Shown in pieces: positions 13,160-24,800 of a stretch of 64,000 nucleotides of DNA. The stretch's first letter is position 1. Each line of letters opens with the position of its first letter. The notes under the pieces are model-generated. The model did no database searches and had not been told where the DNA came from. It saw nothing but the letters and a program-made list of their open reading frames with translations. Source of the DNA: the human T2T-CHM13v2.0 reference genome, Homo sapiens; assembly GCF_009914755.1 (NCBI RefSeq), contig NC_060937.1, one strand, 5' to 3'. Both the position numbers and the translations under genes were made by a program.

Positions 13160-13297
13160 ACTTTGAAAATGTAGATCCCTAGGCCCCAGCCCAGACCTAC
13201 AGAATCAGAGTGTCAAGAACTGGAGCTGGGGTATCTGGCATTTGAACGAGTTCTCCAGGTGATTTTTATGGCCACTCAAGTTTGGCAGTCCACTGGT
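13160..13297. mobile_element. MER5A-type hAT MITE
   Basis: AGGCCCCAGCCCAGACCTACAGAATCAGA...TCTCCAGGTGATTTTTATG...AAGTTTGGCAGTCCACTG. Confidence 0.75.
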
Positions 13298-13520
13298 GTG
13301 GCAGTAAAAGCTGCCTTTGGAAACAGATCACCAGGTTAAGAGCCTCCCCTTCCACCTATGGGAACTTGAGCTATTACTTCAGTTTCTTCACCTGCAAAAT
13401 GGGGAGAATAATCATGACTCCTTCATAAAACATTTGCGAATATTAAATAAGGTACTGTCTGCCCAGTGTTTAACTAGTGGCTTAATATGATAAATACTCA
13501 AATGTTAGCTGAACTGATAA
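13298..13520 (+). mobile_element. MIR SINE
   Basis: CAGTTTCTTCACCTGCAAAATGGGGAGAATAAT core. Confidence 0.7.
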
Positions 13521-13803
13521 TAATAATTATGAGTGTTATTATTATCAGTACTATCATTAGAGAGATTGGAGCAAATTGAAGGCTCTGACTCTCTCTGGGA
13601 AATTAATGTTTGACCATTTATTAATACTTCAGCCACTTTTGAGAGCCGTCTGGCTCACCTGCAATATCTGTCAGCATCAATCCTAAACTGTGAAGACTGA
13701 TGAGATGAACACATTAGCCATATTACAGATGATGGGCAATTTCATTTTCTTTTTTCTTCTTAGTTGTGAATTTTTCTGCCATGAACATGTATGACCAAAA
13801 CAA

Positions 13804-13833
13804 ACACACACACACACACACACACGTACACAC
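13804..13833. repeat. (AC)n microsatellite, interrupted
   Basis: (AC)11 GT ACACAC, read directly. Confidence 0.95.
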
Positions 13834-16800
13834 AAACAAATCCACTTCTAGTTTTTCAAAAAGGAGTATTTTACTCATGATTGACTGAAAAATAATTCAG
13901 AGTTTATTATCTGTGACATTGCAGTAAATTTTTTAGTTAACGAATCAGGAATTTGACCCCCCATATTACATTGTTTGAAAAAATAGGCATTACTTACAAG
14001 GGCTTAAAGGGGCTTTTTCAGGGAGTGAAGCACATTTCAGTAGAAAGCCTGTCTGGGGGAGCATGACATTATTGTTGCAGAAATTAGAATTCTAGAGGTT
14101 GTTGCCTGATTTTGAAATAGTTGCCTGTCTTTATGAAAGACTGAAAAATTCATTTGAGAGTTTTCTTCTCAAACAGCTTCCAAAGTGACTGAGAAACTCT
14201 CACAAATATAAGATATATGTGAGAATGCATATTCAGAAGGGTGAACTGTACTTTTCAGATATGTTGGGCCTATTTGAAAAAAACAAAAGGCAGTTTAAAA
14301 AACCTGGCATATATAATACATAATTGTTTGGAATAATTTCACACACACATGTGTACATACATACATAGCATATGTGTAAACATTTTCAACTGTATTAAAC
14401 TATAGATTTAAAATCACACAGTTCAAGTCAAGACCAGAAGCCAGGCCAAAAGAAAAACAACAAAGTATAGCTAATGAAACACAGTATTAATAATGCAATA
14501 ATAAAGAGCTAATCCTTGGGATTAGTTCTGGCTGCTATTTTTTAAAATGAGTTGCCAAGGAGAGGGATGAGTAGCAAAGTCATCTGGTGACCAGAAACTA
14601 CTCAGGAAAAAAGATATGCAACAAAGGACAAAAAAACTCAAGAACATAGGCTAATGACGAGAAGCAACATGAAATTCACAAGTCCCAGAAGGAATATTTT
14701 AAGGAAACACAACTGTGAGGTGGAATTTAAAGTTTGTGGTAACTGATGAGGAAAAATAAAAGTCAATTGACAACAGAGAACCATCTGCTGAGAAAAGGCT
14801 CGGTTGCTTTTTCCTCTTTCATCTTCTTTTGAATAACTCATGGTCTTCGGGTTGCCCTCCAGCCTCCTTGTCCACTGTGGCTCTTGGCTTTATGCCCTTG
14901 GCTAGATCTTGCGGCTGCTTGAACTCATTCCCCAAATCCTACTTTGGCACTGTGAGTTTGTGTGTGATTGCCAGACACTGTTATGGCTCCATTCCATTCC
15001 TGGGACAGCTCAGCAATGTGATTGGGTAGGGAAAAAACACCTGGAGGGTGGCACAGAGGTGTCAGGGTGGCTTGGGCCCATGAGCTGGTGGGTCAGTGTG
15101 GGCCAGTTGCATAAGAGGATAGAGCCCCTGCCTCTTCCATTCACTTCCTCATGCAGACCCAGGGGTTAAAACTACCATGGGTTTTTTTTAACAAGCGGAA
15201 AAATACGTGAGTGAAGTTTGTAACCAAGCTGTGTTGGTCCATTCTCAACGGAGAAGAAAATGGCCTAATTGGAAGCCCAGGTTATCTGTGTTCTTCCTAT
15301 CTAATGTCAATCACCAGAATGCCTGCTCTGCTTTTACTTAAGGGAATCCCCTTTGTTTCATGTGTGTCCAAAGTCCTCCGAGACCGCTCCTTCCAATCTC
15401 TAAAGGTTAGTTCAGCAGCTACAGCCAATCTTAACATGGTGGTCCATTCTCTACTCTTGATTTCCTTTCCTGTTCTGTTTTCTAGCCCCAAACCTTCAGG
15501 AATAGGACTGGACAGTGGCTTCATTGCCGTAATCAGGTAAACCTAGGGAAAGAAAGTTGCATCTGCATGTCAGCCTTATTCTCTTACGTTTCCATCTCTG
15601 TGTTTCTGTTCTGAATCTCTGTCTCACACACATACACCTTTATGATTTCTGTGTTGCACATTTACTCTGTCTTTGCTTTCTCATCACTGTTATGGTCTTC
15701 CTTCTGTATTTTACACATAATGCTCCCAACTGTCATTATTTTCTTTGTAATGATAGTAATTTTCATTATGGGTCCTATTCCTATGGTCATCTTCTTTCAT
15801 TTCCTCAATCCTTTTTCAACTTTGCTGAAATCTGTTGATAATAACTCCTTCCACCCTAGGGATAATAATTCCCCCTTACACTTTATATGAAGAATAGGAT
15901 GAATTCAAAAGGGAGAGTGCCTTCCCTTCTGAATCTGGTGCCTGTGGGTGCCTTTGCCTTTTTTAACCCTCTTGCTATGGAATGACATTCCACTGTTCTG
16001 GGTACCCAGCAGGTGACATAGTACCTTTGGTCTGAAGATTGGGCTTAGCTGATTGGTACACATTGTCGCTACCCTGTTAGTTCTTGAATGGGTTACAAAC
16101 TTCATTGAAAAAAAAATGGAAGTTGTGTAAGAAATATTTTCAAGCATGAATTTTCTGTCGACATACTCTCTTTCGTCACGGTCAACTCAAAAGTCTTCAT
16201 GGGACATGATGAGCTGAGCTGGCAGCAAAGGAAGGAGTGGCCAAGAGCTCCCTGTGTCCAGGCTCCTGACTCAACATCTCTGGTCATCAAGCTGGCTTTC
16301 CAGGCATAGAAATAGGCACGAGAGTTTTCCACTGAACTTGACTAAATCAAATGAGGAAATACATGAAGGTGTTGGTTTCTAGCACTTAACTTTTCCTGTG
16401 GCTGGGCTAATAGGCAAAGCCAGGGACTATTTCAAACTGGAGTTTCTGCAGCCCAGCAGCATTGCATGAATAAAAGTAACAGTTACAAGTTGGCAGTTTA
16501 ATTCAGGGGCAATCAATCTACCATCTCAAGGGATTGCTTTGGGGAAGTGGAACCAAGAGTAGGAAAGAAGTTTATGGGTTAAGATTTTGGTCTTCTTTCA
16601 GGTATGCTATTAATGTGCCCTGTGACTGGGTCCATGCCCCAGTCCTATTTTCCTGGCTTTATGGAAGATGCCACAACATCAGCTGAGCTGATATAAGAAT
16701 TTCCTAACTCATGTAAGATGATTTATAACCCTCAGATTAATAAGTAGTAGCATGTGATCATCTCACATTGTTGTATGCTAGCCATCTCTGACATAATGTA

Positions 16801-17994
16801 CTGTCATCTATCAGCTCTTAGCAATTATTAACAGAATGTGACTGTATTTATTTTATGTGTATAACTCTTGTTGACATTATCTGCATTGTCTTGTGCATAT
16901 TTTAACTCATATATTTTCTTTGAAGTACTTCTCCAAAAAATTATTTGCTTTGGGTATTTCTCTTTGATTTTATCTATGGTTTTTCCTCTTCTTTCCAAGT
17001 GTTCTTCTTTTTCTCAAATGTTCCTTCACTGTCTTTATCATCCTAGAATTTTATTTTAGTCTTGGGATTTATTGAACTTCTTCTCCAATATTTCATTAGC
17101 ATCTCATCCATGGTTTCTCAGAATTCCTTCACATGGTTCAGCCATTTTGATACTTCTTAAAACTTTTAAACCTTTGATTAAATAAATACTTGCTCCAAAA
17201 CACATAAAAATTCTTTGACTGGGATTAAAACAACTTTTCAGAAAGGAATACAATTCTTATAAACACGTTTATGTGTCATATTAAGTTCAAAATAGATGTG
17301 TTCCTACACATTATAGAAAGTCTAAGTTTAATTTTTTAAAGGTTGAGTAAATACACACTTGAAAATGCCTACAATTTTTTTTGCCTACAATTCTTATAAA
17401 CAGTTCCTAACTACCTGTCAACAGTCAGTGTCAACATTTATAAGTTAACAAAACAACATGCTTTGACAGAGTCACTAAATCCTTGTCTGTTTATTTCTGG
17501 AATGATCATGTGAAAGTCATGTCCAGCTGAACCTTAGAAAAACATACAAATTTTACATAGAATAGAACACATAGAAAATAGAGGTTTCAACAGTGGATCT
17601 GTCTAGAGGGCGTAGGGCCTTTATCCATGTGCAAACAGGCCAGTTTTCACCTCTTAGGGCCAGTCCTATGCTTTAGAGATAGTGGTGCTAATTAAAGCAT
17701 TTGTTGCCAGAGTATTTTTACTAAACGCTGTCTATGAATCAACTGAGACCTTGTGTCCACCAATAATAATGATAATAAAAAATGCCAGTATTTAAAAAGC
17801 GTGGCACAGCCACTGACCAAGTGACAGCTGATGACACACCCTACCACCCTGAGAGGGGAGGGATGATGGCATTATTTCACATTGACTCAGAAGGCAATGG
17901 ATTCTTCCATGTACCTACAGGGTCAAATGTTGTCCATTGGTTCCAAGCCCTTGTCTTTCTTTGACATACATTTCTGCTTTGGGTAAATCTAATT

Positions 17995-18362
17995 CTGGTA
18001 AATTGATTGCATCAGTGGCCCCAGTTAAAGGCCTCCCTATATTCTTACCTTTGCAGTGTGATTTTGTTGCCCCTCCAGTTGAGAATCTGTTCTTTACCTT
18101 TTTGGATGTGGCTGGCCTGTGGTTCGCCTTAGCTAACAGAATGCAATGGAAGTGATGGGGGTGGGGGTCATTTCTAAGCCTAGGCCTTAAGGGGCCTTGG
18201 GTACATCCACCTTGCCTTTTGGAACCCTACCATAAGAACAAGCCTGGGCTAGCCTGCTGGAGGATGAGAGACCACACAGAACAGAAACAAGTCATCTCAG
18301 CTGAGGCCAACCCAGACCAGCCAGTCTCTGGCCTACCAGCTTACTGCAGACACATAAGGGAG
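17995..18362 (+). mobile_element. MLT1G/H-type MaLR LTR (partial)
   Basis: GCTAACAGAATGCAATGGAAGTGA; CTAAGCCTAGGCCTTAAG; AAGCCTGGGCTAGCCTGCTGGAGGATGAGAGACCAC. Confidence 0.75.
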
Positions 18363-18364
18363 CA

Positions 18365-18600
18365 GTGGAATGAAGTGTAGTAGTGAGGATGTAGTCTTTG
18401 GAGCTAGACAGACTTAGAATTGAGTCCTAGTGCTATCACTGCATAGTGAAATGATTTCAGGCAAATTCATTAACCTCTCTGGTTTACTTTCCTCATCTGT
18501 AAAATGGGGATAGTAACAATAGCCACATCACTGGGTTGTTCTGAGAATTCAATAAGTAAGTCCATGTAAAATATGTAGCACAATGACTACTATTAATAAA
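18365..18600 (+). mobile_element. MIR SINE
   Basis: CTTTGGAGCTAGACAGAC; TTTCCTCATCTGTAAAATGGGGATAGTAA. Confidence 0.8.
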
Positions 18601-18779
18601 TGATACACTCTAAAAACATGACTAATAATTAATAATAATATTGCAGTTGAAGTATTGGCCTAGCTCATGGTGGGGCATACAATTAAATGTGTTGAAAACT
18701 GTAAAAAAAAAAAAAAAAAAAAGTCCCTTTATACTTTGTTGCTCTGGAAGGCAGCCCCAGTATCTGGGTGGATATTAGA

Positions 18780-18990
18780 AACTGATATATTTAGGAAAAA
18801 TATAAGAAAGAGACTCCTAATAGTTAGAGCTCTCCAATGACAGAGCAGGCAGCTGAGCAAAAATAAGAGAACTCCTTGTCTCTTGAAGTTTTCAAACAGT
18901 CTGGAAGACCATCTGGCAGAGATATTGCCGAGGAGATTCCTATTTGAGTAGGAGTTGGAAGAAATAAATTCTAAGGTCTCTTCCAGATCT
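18780..18990 (+). mobile_element. MIR3/L3-like fragment
   Basis: CTCCTTGTCTCTTGAAGTTTTCAAACAG...CTAAGGTCTCTTCCAGATCTAA. Confidence 0.5.
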
Positions 18991-19379
18991 AATAATAAAA
19001 TTATATTTTATTTACTTAAAATATTTAATTGGACTTTTTTTTTTCTTCCCCAACCAGCATATTTGTAGCAAGCCAAACCACAAGGCAACCAAATGACAGG
19101 GTGGGGTGAGTGAGAGGGCTTATCTCTACTCCTCCTAATCTCATCCTTCTGGAGTAACCCTTGTTGACAGCTTGGTTTGTGTTCTTCTGGACTTTTCTTT
19201 ACACACATACAAACTAATGCAAACATACACATGCACACCATTGCCCTCCTTCCTCCACGGTGTTTGCTATTTTTTTTTAATGATCATAAGATCATACTAT
19301 ATATGCTGTTCAATAACTTGATGTTTTCACTTAATGTATCATGGGTATAACTGATTTTAAGGTTCACATAGACAAAAAA

Positions 19380-20430
19380 GTGTGATTGTAATTCTAAGAC
19401 CATTTTGAAAATTGACTTCTTAGATATTAAACTTATTATAAAGCTAATTAATCATAATAGTATGGCATCAGCACAAAAAATAAATCATAATAGAGAGTCC
19501 AGGAGTAATTACAAATTCATATGGGAATTTGTCATTTTAAACTGGTAAGGAAATAATTCCTTTCCTTCCCATCTGTGTAGATTCTTACCATGCATCCTAT
19601 ACAAAGACTATTACATAAAAATAAAATAAATTTAAGGACTTAAATATAAGACATTAACCATAATAGAAGGCAACCTAGGTCATTCTTTTTATAACCTTGA
19701 GGTGAACTTCTAAACAAGACAAGAAACCCAGAAGCCAAGGAGATTGACAAATTTGACAATATAAAAAGAAATAAATAAAGACTTTTGCTTGGAAAAAGAC
19801 ACAGTAAACAAAGATGAAAACCAATCACGTAAGGAGAAAATACTTTTAATACATGTAACATCAATGACTTAATGTTCTTATATATTTTTAAGAACTCTAC
19901 AAACTGATAAGAAAAATTAAAAACTCATGTCCAGTTTCAAATTGGACAGCGGATATCAACAGGTAGTAGAAGAGGAAATCAGACAGGCAATAAACACATG
20001 AAAAGGTGCAAACGTTACCAATTGTGATGGAAATGTGAATTAAAGCAGAAATAAGCTATCATTTTCATGGATTTTATTTGCCAGAATGTAAAAGATTTAT
20101 AACAAGAAGTAAAAAGACTGTGGGGAAAATAGCTCTCATAAATTGCTCTTGGGAATGTGAAATGTCCTCTTTTAAGAAAGTACTTATCCAGCAGATTAAA
20201 GTGAAAAATTTATCATGTTCTTTGACCCATTCTGCCTTTTAAGAATCTCTCCTACATGAAACCAGTAGGGTGTAAAAATATGTATTCAAAGATGCTTATT
20301 ATTGCATTGTTTGAAGCAGCAAAAAGTAGAAAAATTATCAACGTTTATAATCAGGGCATAGACTGAATAAATAATGACACATTATACTGCAGAATATTAG
20401 GGAGCTAATTTTTAAAGAAAAGATATTGAT
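19380..20430 (+). mobile_element. Old L1ME ORF2/3' remnant
   Basis: A-rich degenerate L1 (ATTATAAAGCTA...TAGTATGGCA; GGCAATAAACACATGAAAAGGTGC; TCTTTGACCCA). Confidence 0.65.
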
Positions 20431-20590
20431 TTGGTGGGACAATCCAAATTTAATTGACATTTTTAAATTATAAAAGTGGCACATAGTTAATACAGAAAAT
20501 CCGGATAGTAAGTACTAAAAAACTTTTAACTTATGTTTCTCAGAGTTAGCCCTGTTATGTTTTCATTAGCTTTCTAGTTCTGTGTGTATA

Positions 20591-20708
20591 TGTGTATATG
20601 TGCACATATACACAATATATATGTGTATATGTGCATATATACACAATATATGTGTATATGTGCATATATACACAATATATGTGTATATGTGCATATATAC
20701 ACAATATA
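20591..20708. repeat. Minisatellite, 4 copies of a 29-bp unit TGTGTATATGTGCA(C/T)ATATACACAATATA
   Basis: Units at 20591, 20622, 20651 and 20680, read directly. Confidence 0.95.
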
Positions 20709-20899
20709 TGTATTTATATAGTTATATTTATTCATACTTATATTTGAATTTTTAAACAACATAAAATGGTAAGCATTTTCTTCCATTAAATGTACAAATT
20801 TAAATAGCTGACTAATGGTCTATGCCAAGGCTGTAGCATAATTTGTTTTTGTCAGTGGAAATCGAGGTGGTTTACTGGTTTTGGTGTTTAAAGTAATGC

Positions 20900-21618
20900 A
20901 ATGGATCACTCATGCATTGCTGGTGGGAATGTAAAATGGTATAGCTGCTCTGGAAAACATTTTGGTAGCTTCTTAAGAAAACTAAATATGCACTGCCATA
21001 CAATCCAGCAATTGAGCTCTTGGGCATCCTCTGAGAGAAAGAAAAACTCATACTTACACAAAAACATATACATGAATGTTCACAACAGCTTTATATGTAA
21101 TAACCCCAAATTGGAAGCAACCTAGATGCCCTTCAATGGGTGAATGATTAAACTGTGGTACATGGCATACCAGGGACTATTATTCAGCAATAAAAAGGAA
21201 CGAACTATTGATACACACAACAACTTGGATGGATCCTCAGGGAATTATATGGAGTATAAAAAGCCAATCTAAAAGATTGCATACTGTATGAGTCCATGTA
21301 CATAACATTCTTGAAATGACAACATTATTGAAATGAAGACCAGATTAGTGATTGCCAGGGATTACTCAGGGAGTGGGGGCAGGAAGGGAGTGGGAGTGGC
21401 TATAAAAGGGCACCACGGGGGAGCCTATGATGATGGGAATATTCTGCATCTTGACTGTATCAATGTCAGTATCCTGGGTATATATTGTATCGTAGTTTTG
21501 TAAGTTATTTCCATTAGGGAATAATTTGGGAAAGAGTCCATAGGATCTCTTTGTATTATTTCATACAACTGCATGTGAATCTACAATTATCTGAAAATGA
21601 GAAGTTAAAATAAAAACC
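20900..21618 (+). mobile_element. L1MB/L1MC 3' end
   Basis: CATTGCTGGTGGGAATGTAAAATGGTA; AGCAATAAAAAGGAACGAACTATTGATACAC; ACAACTGCATGTGAATCTACAATTATCT. Confidence 0.85.
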
Positions 21619-21844
21619 ATTAATGCAATGAACATTTCTATACACGTGAACATCTGTTTTCCTAGGCTGTATTCCTAGAGGTGACATTTCTGCTGGATAT
21701 TGTATTAACACTATTGAGACTTTTGAAGCACATTGTCAAAATGCTTTTTAGGAAGGTTCGTACAGCTCATACAAGTCTACGTTTTCGCATAATGTAGGCA
21801 GTTGCTGCAGTTTTTCTAACATTATAGAGTTCTTGCCTTTGGAG

Positions 21845-22052
21845 AAGCACTGTTCAAAGCACTTTACCTCTCATTTAATCTCCCCAAAAGGCCCATGATC
21901 TAGGGTGTTGCTGCTGTCACTTTACCGATGAGGAAACTGACACTCAGAGAGGCTGAGGAGCCCAGCTGAGGTGGCATGCTAGTTAGTGGCACGATTGAGA
22001 CTCATACTAGGTTCGTTTAATGTCAAATCCAATGTGCTAACCACTGTGCTAC
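21845..22052 (-). mobile_element. MIR SINE
   Basis: CTCATTTAATCTC; TTTACCGATGAGGAAACTGACACTCAGAGAGG. Confidence 0.8.
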
Positions 22053-24669
22053 CCTATGCACTTAATTATTAGACTACTTGTTAGTTGCTAGGTATGCAAT
22101 CTAAGGATTAAGAGGATACTGTAAAGAGATAGGAAAAAATTACTGTTTGAATAATACTGGAACCTTGGAAGACCTATGGTCTTGGTTTGATACTTCTGGA
22201 AGCATTATTAACTCAAATCAGTCTTTCCGTTGGTCCTCTCGCTCTTAGGGCCTAAGTCTTCATACTGTTTTCTCCCCCAAGAAGTTTTCAGCTTGCTTTT
22301 AAAGGATAGCGGTAGGGATGGTTGTCTGTTGCTGGTGCATTTCTGATAAAGACTTAGTCTTAACTTTTTAATCTTTGTGTCTGTGACACATGTAGTTATG
22401 TTCTTAACTCATTTGTAGGCTAAGTGGAATGTAAAAATAAGGAAGGGTACATTATCCCCAGTGCTGTGTGTACTGCATTTATGTGAGGCCGCTCATCATT
22501 ACCCTCATAAATGTGCCAAAGCTTTCATTCTTCAGTTGTTCCAAGTAGGAAGTTAATCATCTTTATTAAGTGTTTCCCAGAGAGTCTTGTTTTAACAAAG
22601 CTGCTTTTTTATTGTATGATTTTTAGATTTCATTTAATGTACTGAGTTGAGTCCTCCAGGAAAATGACATTTTCATGGTGGTCCTTTGTTTATGTAGGAC
22701 CGTATTTCATCCGAAACTACTTAATTTGGTCTATTTGCATAATTTCTTAAAGTATAGCTGATAACATTTAAATTAGAGGTTGGTAGTTTTTGTAGTACAG
22801 AAAAAAAGTCAGACAGCAATTTGTTTTGCTAGTCTTTTAGGACTTGGAGTTTTATATGATTTTATATCAAAAATTGTTGTCTTGAATTCAATTTAAATAA
22901 ATGCTGTAGTAATCTGGGTCAGTTCATAAAAATTGGGTTAGTTTCTGAATCATTGTTATAATTGTGGCTATGTAGGTTTTAAGTGAGTTGGTTACTTTGT
23001 ATAGCATGCCGAACTTTCATTCATTCATTTGTTTAATTCATTTTCTTACACTTCGGCACATTATTTCACATTCTGTAACTACTCTGAGTTATTGCCCTCT
23101 TTTTCATAAAACAAAGTCCTGCGCTTTCCCATCTCTCTGTATGTGAAAATCTGTACCATGTCTTGCTCCCTTTTTATGGCTCTTTTGTGGAATTTTTTCC
23201 TTTTGGGAGAGAGTGACCCTAAATGATAAAGATAAACCATGAATGATTTATGAAACAGAATAATATATCCCATATTTTCCCAAATCCCTCTAACTTCTAT
23301 TGGTTTTTTTCTTGGACTACCGCTGCACATTGAGCATACATCTTCATCGAGCTGTCCAGAAAGACGCCTAGTTCTTTTTACAGGTCTGGAAGCTCTCCAT
23401 GTGTTCCACAGGGCCAACGTTAAAAAGGATTGTAAATTGCCAAGAAAGCAAAAATAAAAATTCAGATGTAATGAACATCTTATGACAGAGGTGATTGAGT
23501 TCTTGGAATTGAAAAGTAATTGGATCTAATTGTGAAGCCCAATTGTTTATAGCAGGAACATGTGTAGGATTGATGAGTTTGGATGGTCTATTCCACACTG
23601 AATCTAAGCACCGTTAGCCCCAAATGACCATGTGCATAATGTGTGTTTGTTCAAGTCATGCTTCTTATTGGGTAAAGCAGATGACAGTCATACTATCCCA
23701 GTGATGTTGAGGCTCTCCCATTAGAAGAGGGGCTGGAGTAGGAGACCCTTGTGTGGTGGTTCTCAACATTTTCTTAATGACTTTATGCCATTCACATGTG
23801 TAATGTGTGCCCCTCAGTAGTTGCTCTCATTCCACTTCAGTGATTTTCAACAATTGCAGGGGCAGATGGTGGTGGGAGTGGGGTGAACCGGGGACATTAG
23901 CAGAATGTCGGGGTATGTGCTCTAAAAATACCCTCCAGGAAATGATGAGCTACCATTTCTCTCAATACTGCCTGCCTCCTCCTGTTGAGAATAACTCATA
24001 TGAGAACATAGCAAGGGTTATAAGGAAATACTGTGTTTAATTCCTGGTCAATAAAAATGGAAATTTTCAAATAAATGGACCTTCTACATAGAAAATGATA
24101 AATTATCAAGATTGATTCTAAAAGTAAAAAAAATTATCCACAAATAGAATCATGAAAATAATTAATGTCAAAGATTTATACCCAAAAGGCTTCAAAACTA
24201 TATAGTTCTATGGATAAATTCTTTTTAACTTTCAAGGAACAAATTAATCCCAATGATATAAGTAAGCTGTTTCTGTATGACCCCGTATGATACCAATATT
24301 TTATCAACAAAATGCATGTGCAGACTATCATATATAGGGAAAAAAACAACATTCAAAACAAATACTTTAAATAGTTAAAGTCACATATCTGATTGGTGGG
24401 ATTGGGGGTTTTATATTTTTCTTTACATTTTATTTTCCAAATTATATTGAACACGAAATATTTTTATTAATTTATTTTTATAATTTTATATACAAAATCA
24501 ATGAATCATTTTTTCTTGAAGAGAAGAAAGTGGTTGTGAATACAGTGAATGGCAGGTCACTTGAGCACAGTGTGGCAATTCTGTGACAAACGTCCACTTT
24601 GCATTGGAAAGGCCTCTTTGTGGAGTATCTGTTGTCACTGTCGTTTATAGGACCTTTAGATTCCCCTAG

Positions 24670-24800
24670 GCCAGTGGCCCTCCACTCTGCCTGGATGTTA
24701 GAATCATCCAGGAAGCTTTAAAATTATCTCCTTGGTACTGGTATACATTTTGAACGCTCTGCAGGTGATTCTAAAGTGCAGTGTGGTCCAGAACCATTGT
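24670..24800. mobile_element. MER5-type hAT MITE
   Basis: CAGTGG...TTAGAATCATCCAGGAAGCTTTAAAA...CAGGTGATTCTAA...AGAACCATTG. Confidence 0.6.

Noticed and set aside
15560-15880. Processed pseudogene on the minus strand (purine-rich, charged translation)
   Set aside because: Frequent stops, no recognisable homologue, no poly(A) or TSD.
20591-20708. CRISPR-like array (29-bp palindromic repeats)
   Set aside because: No unique spacers, TA/TG low complexity, eukaryotic context and no cas genes.
22474-22514. Hairpin GCATTTATGTGAGG...CCTCATAAATGT as a pre-miRNA
   Set aside because: The stem is only ~13 bp with a bulge, too short and expected by chance.
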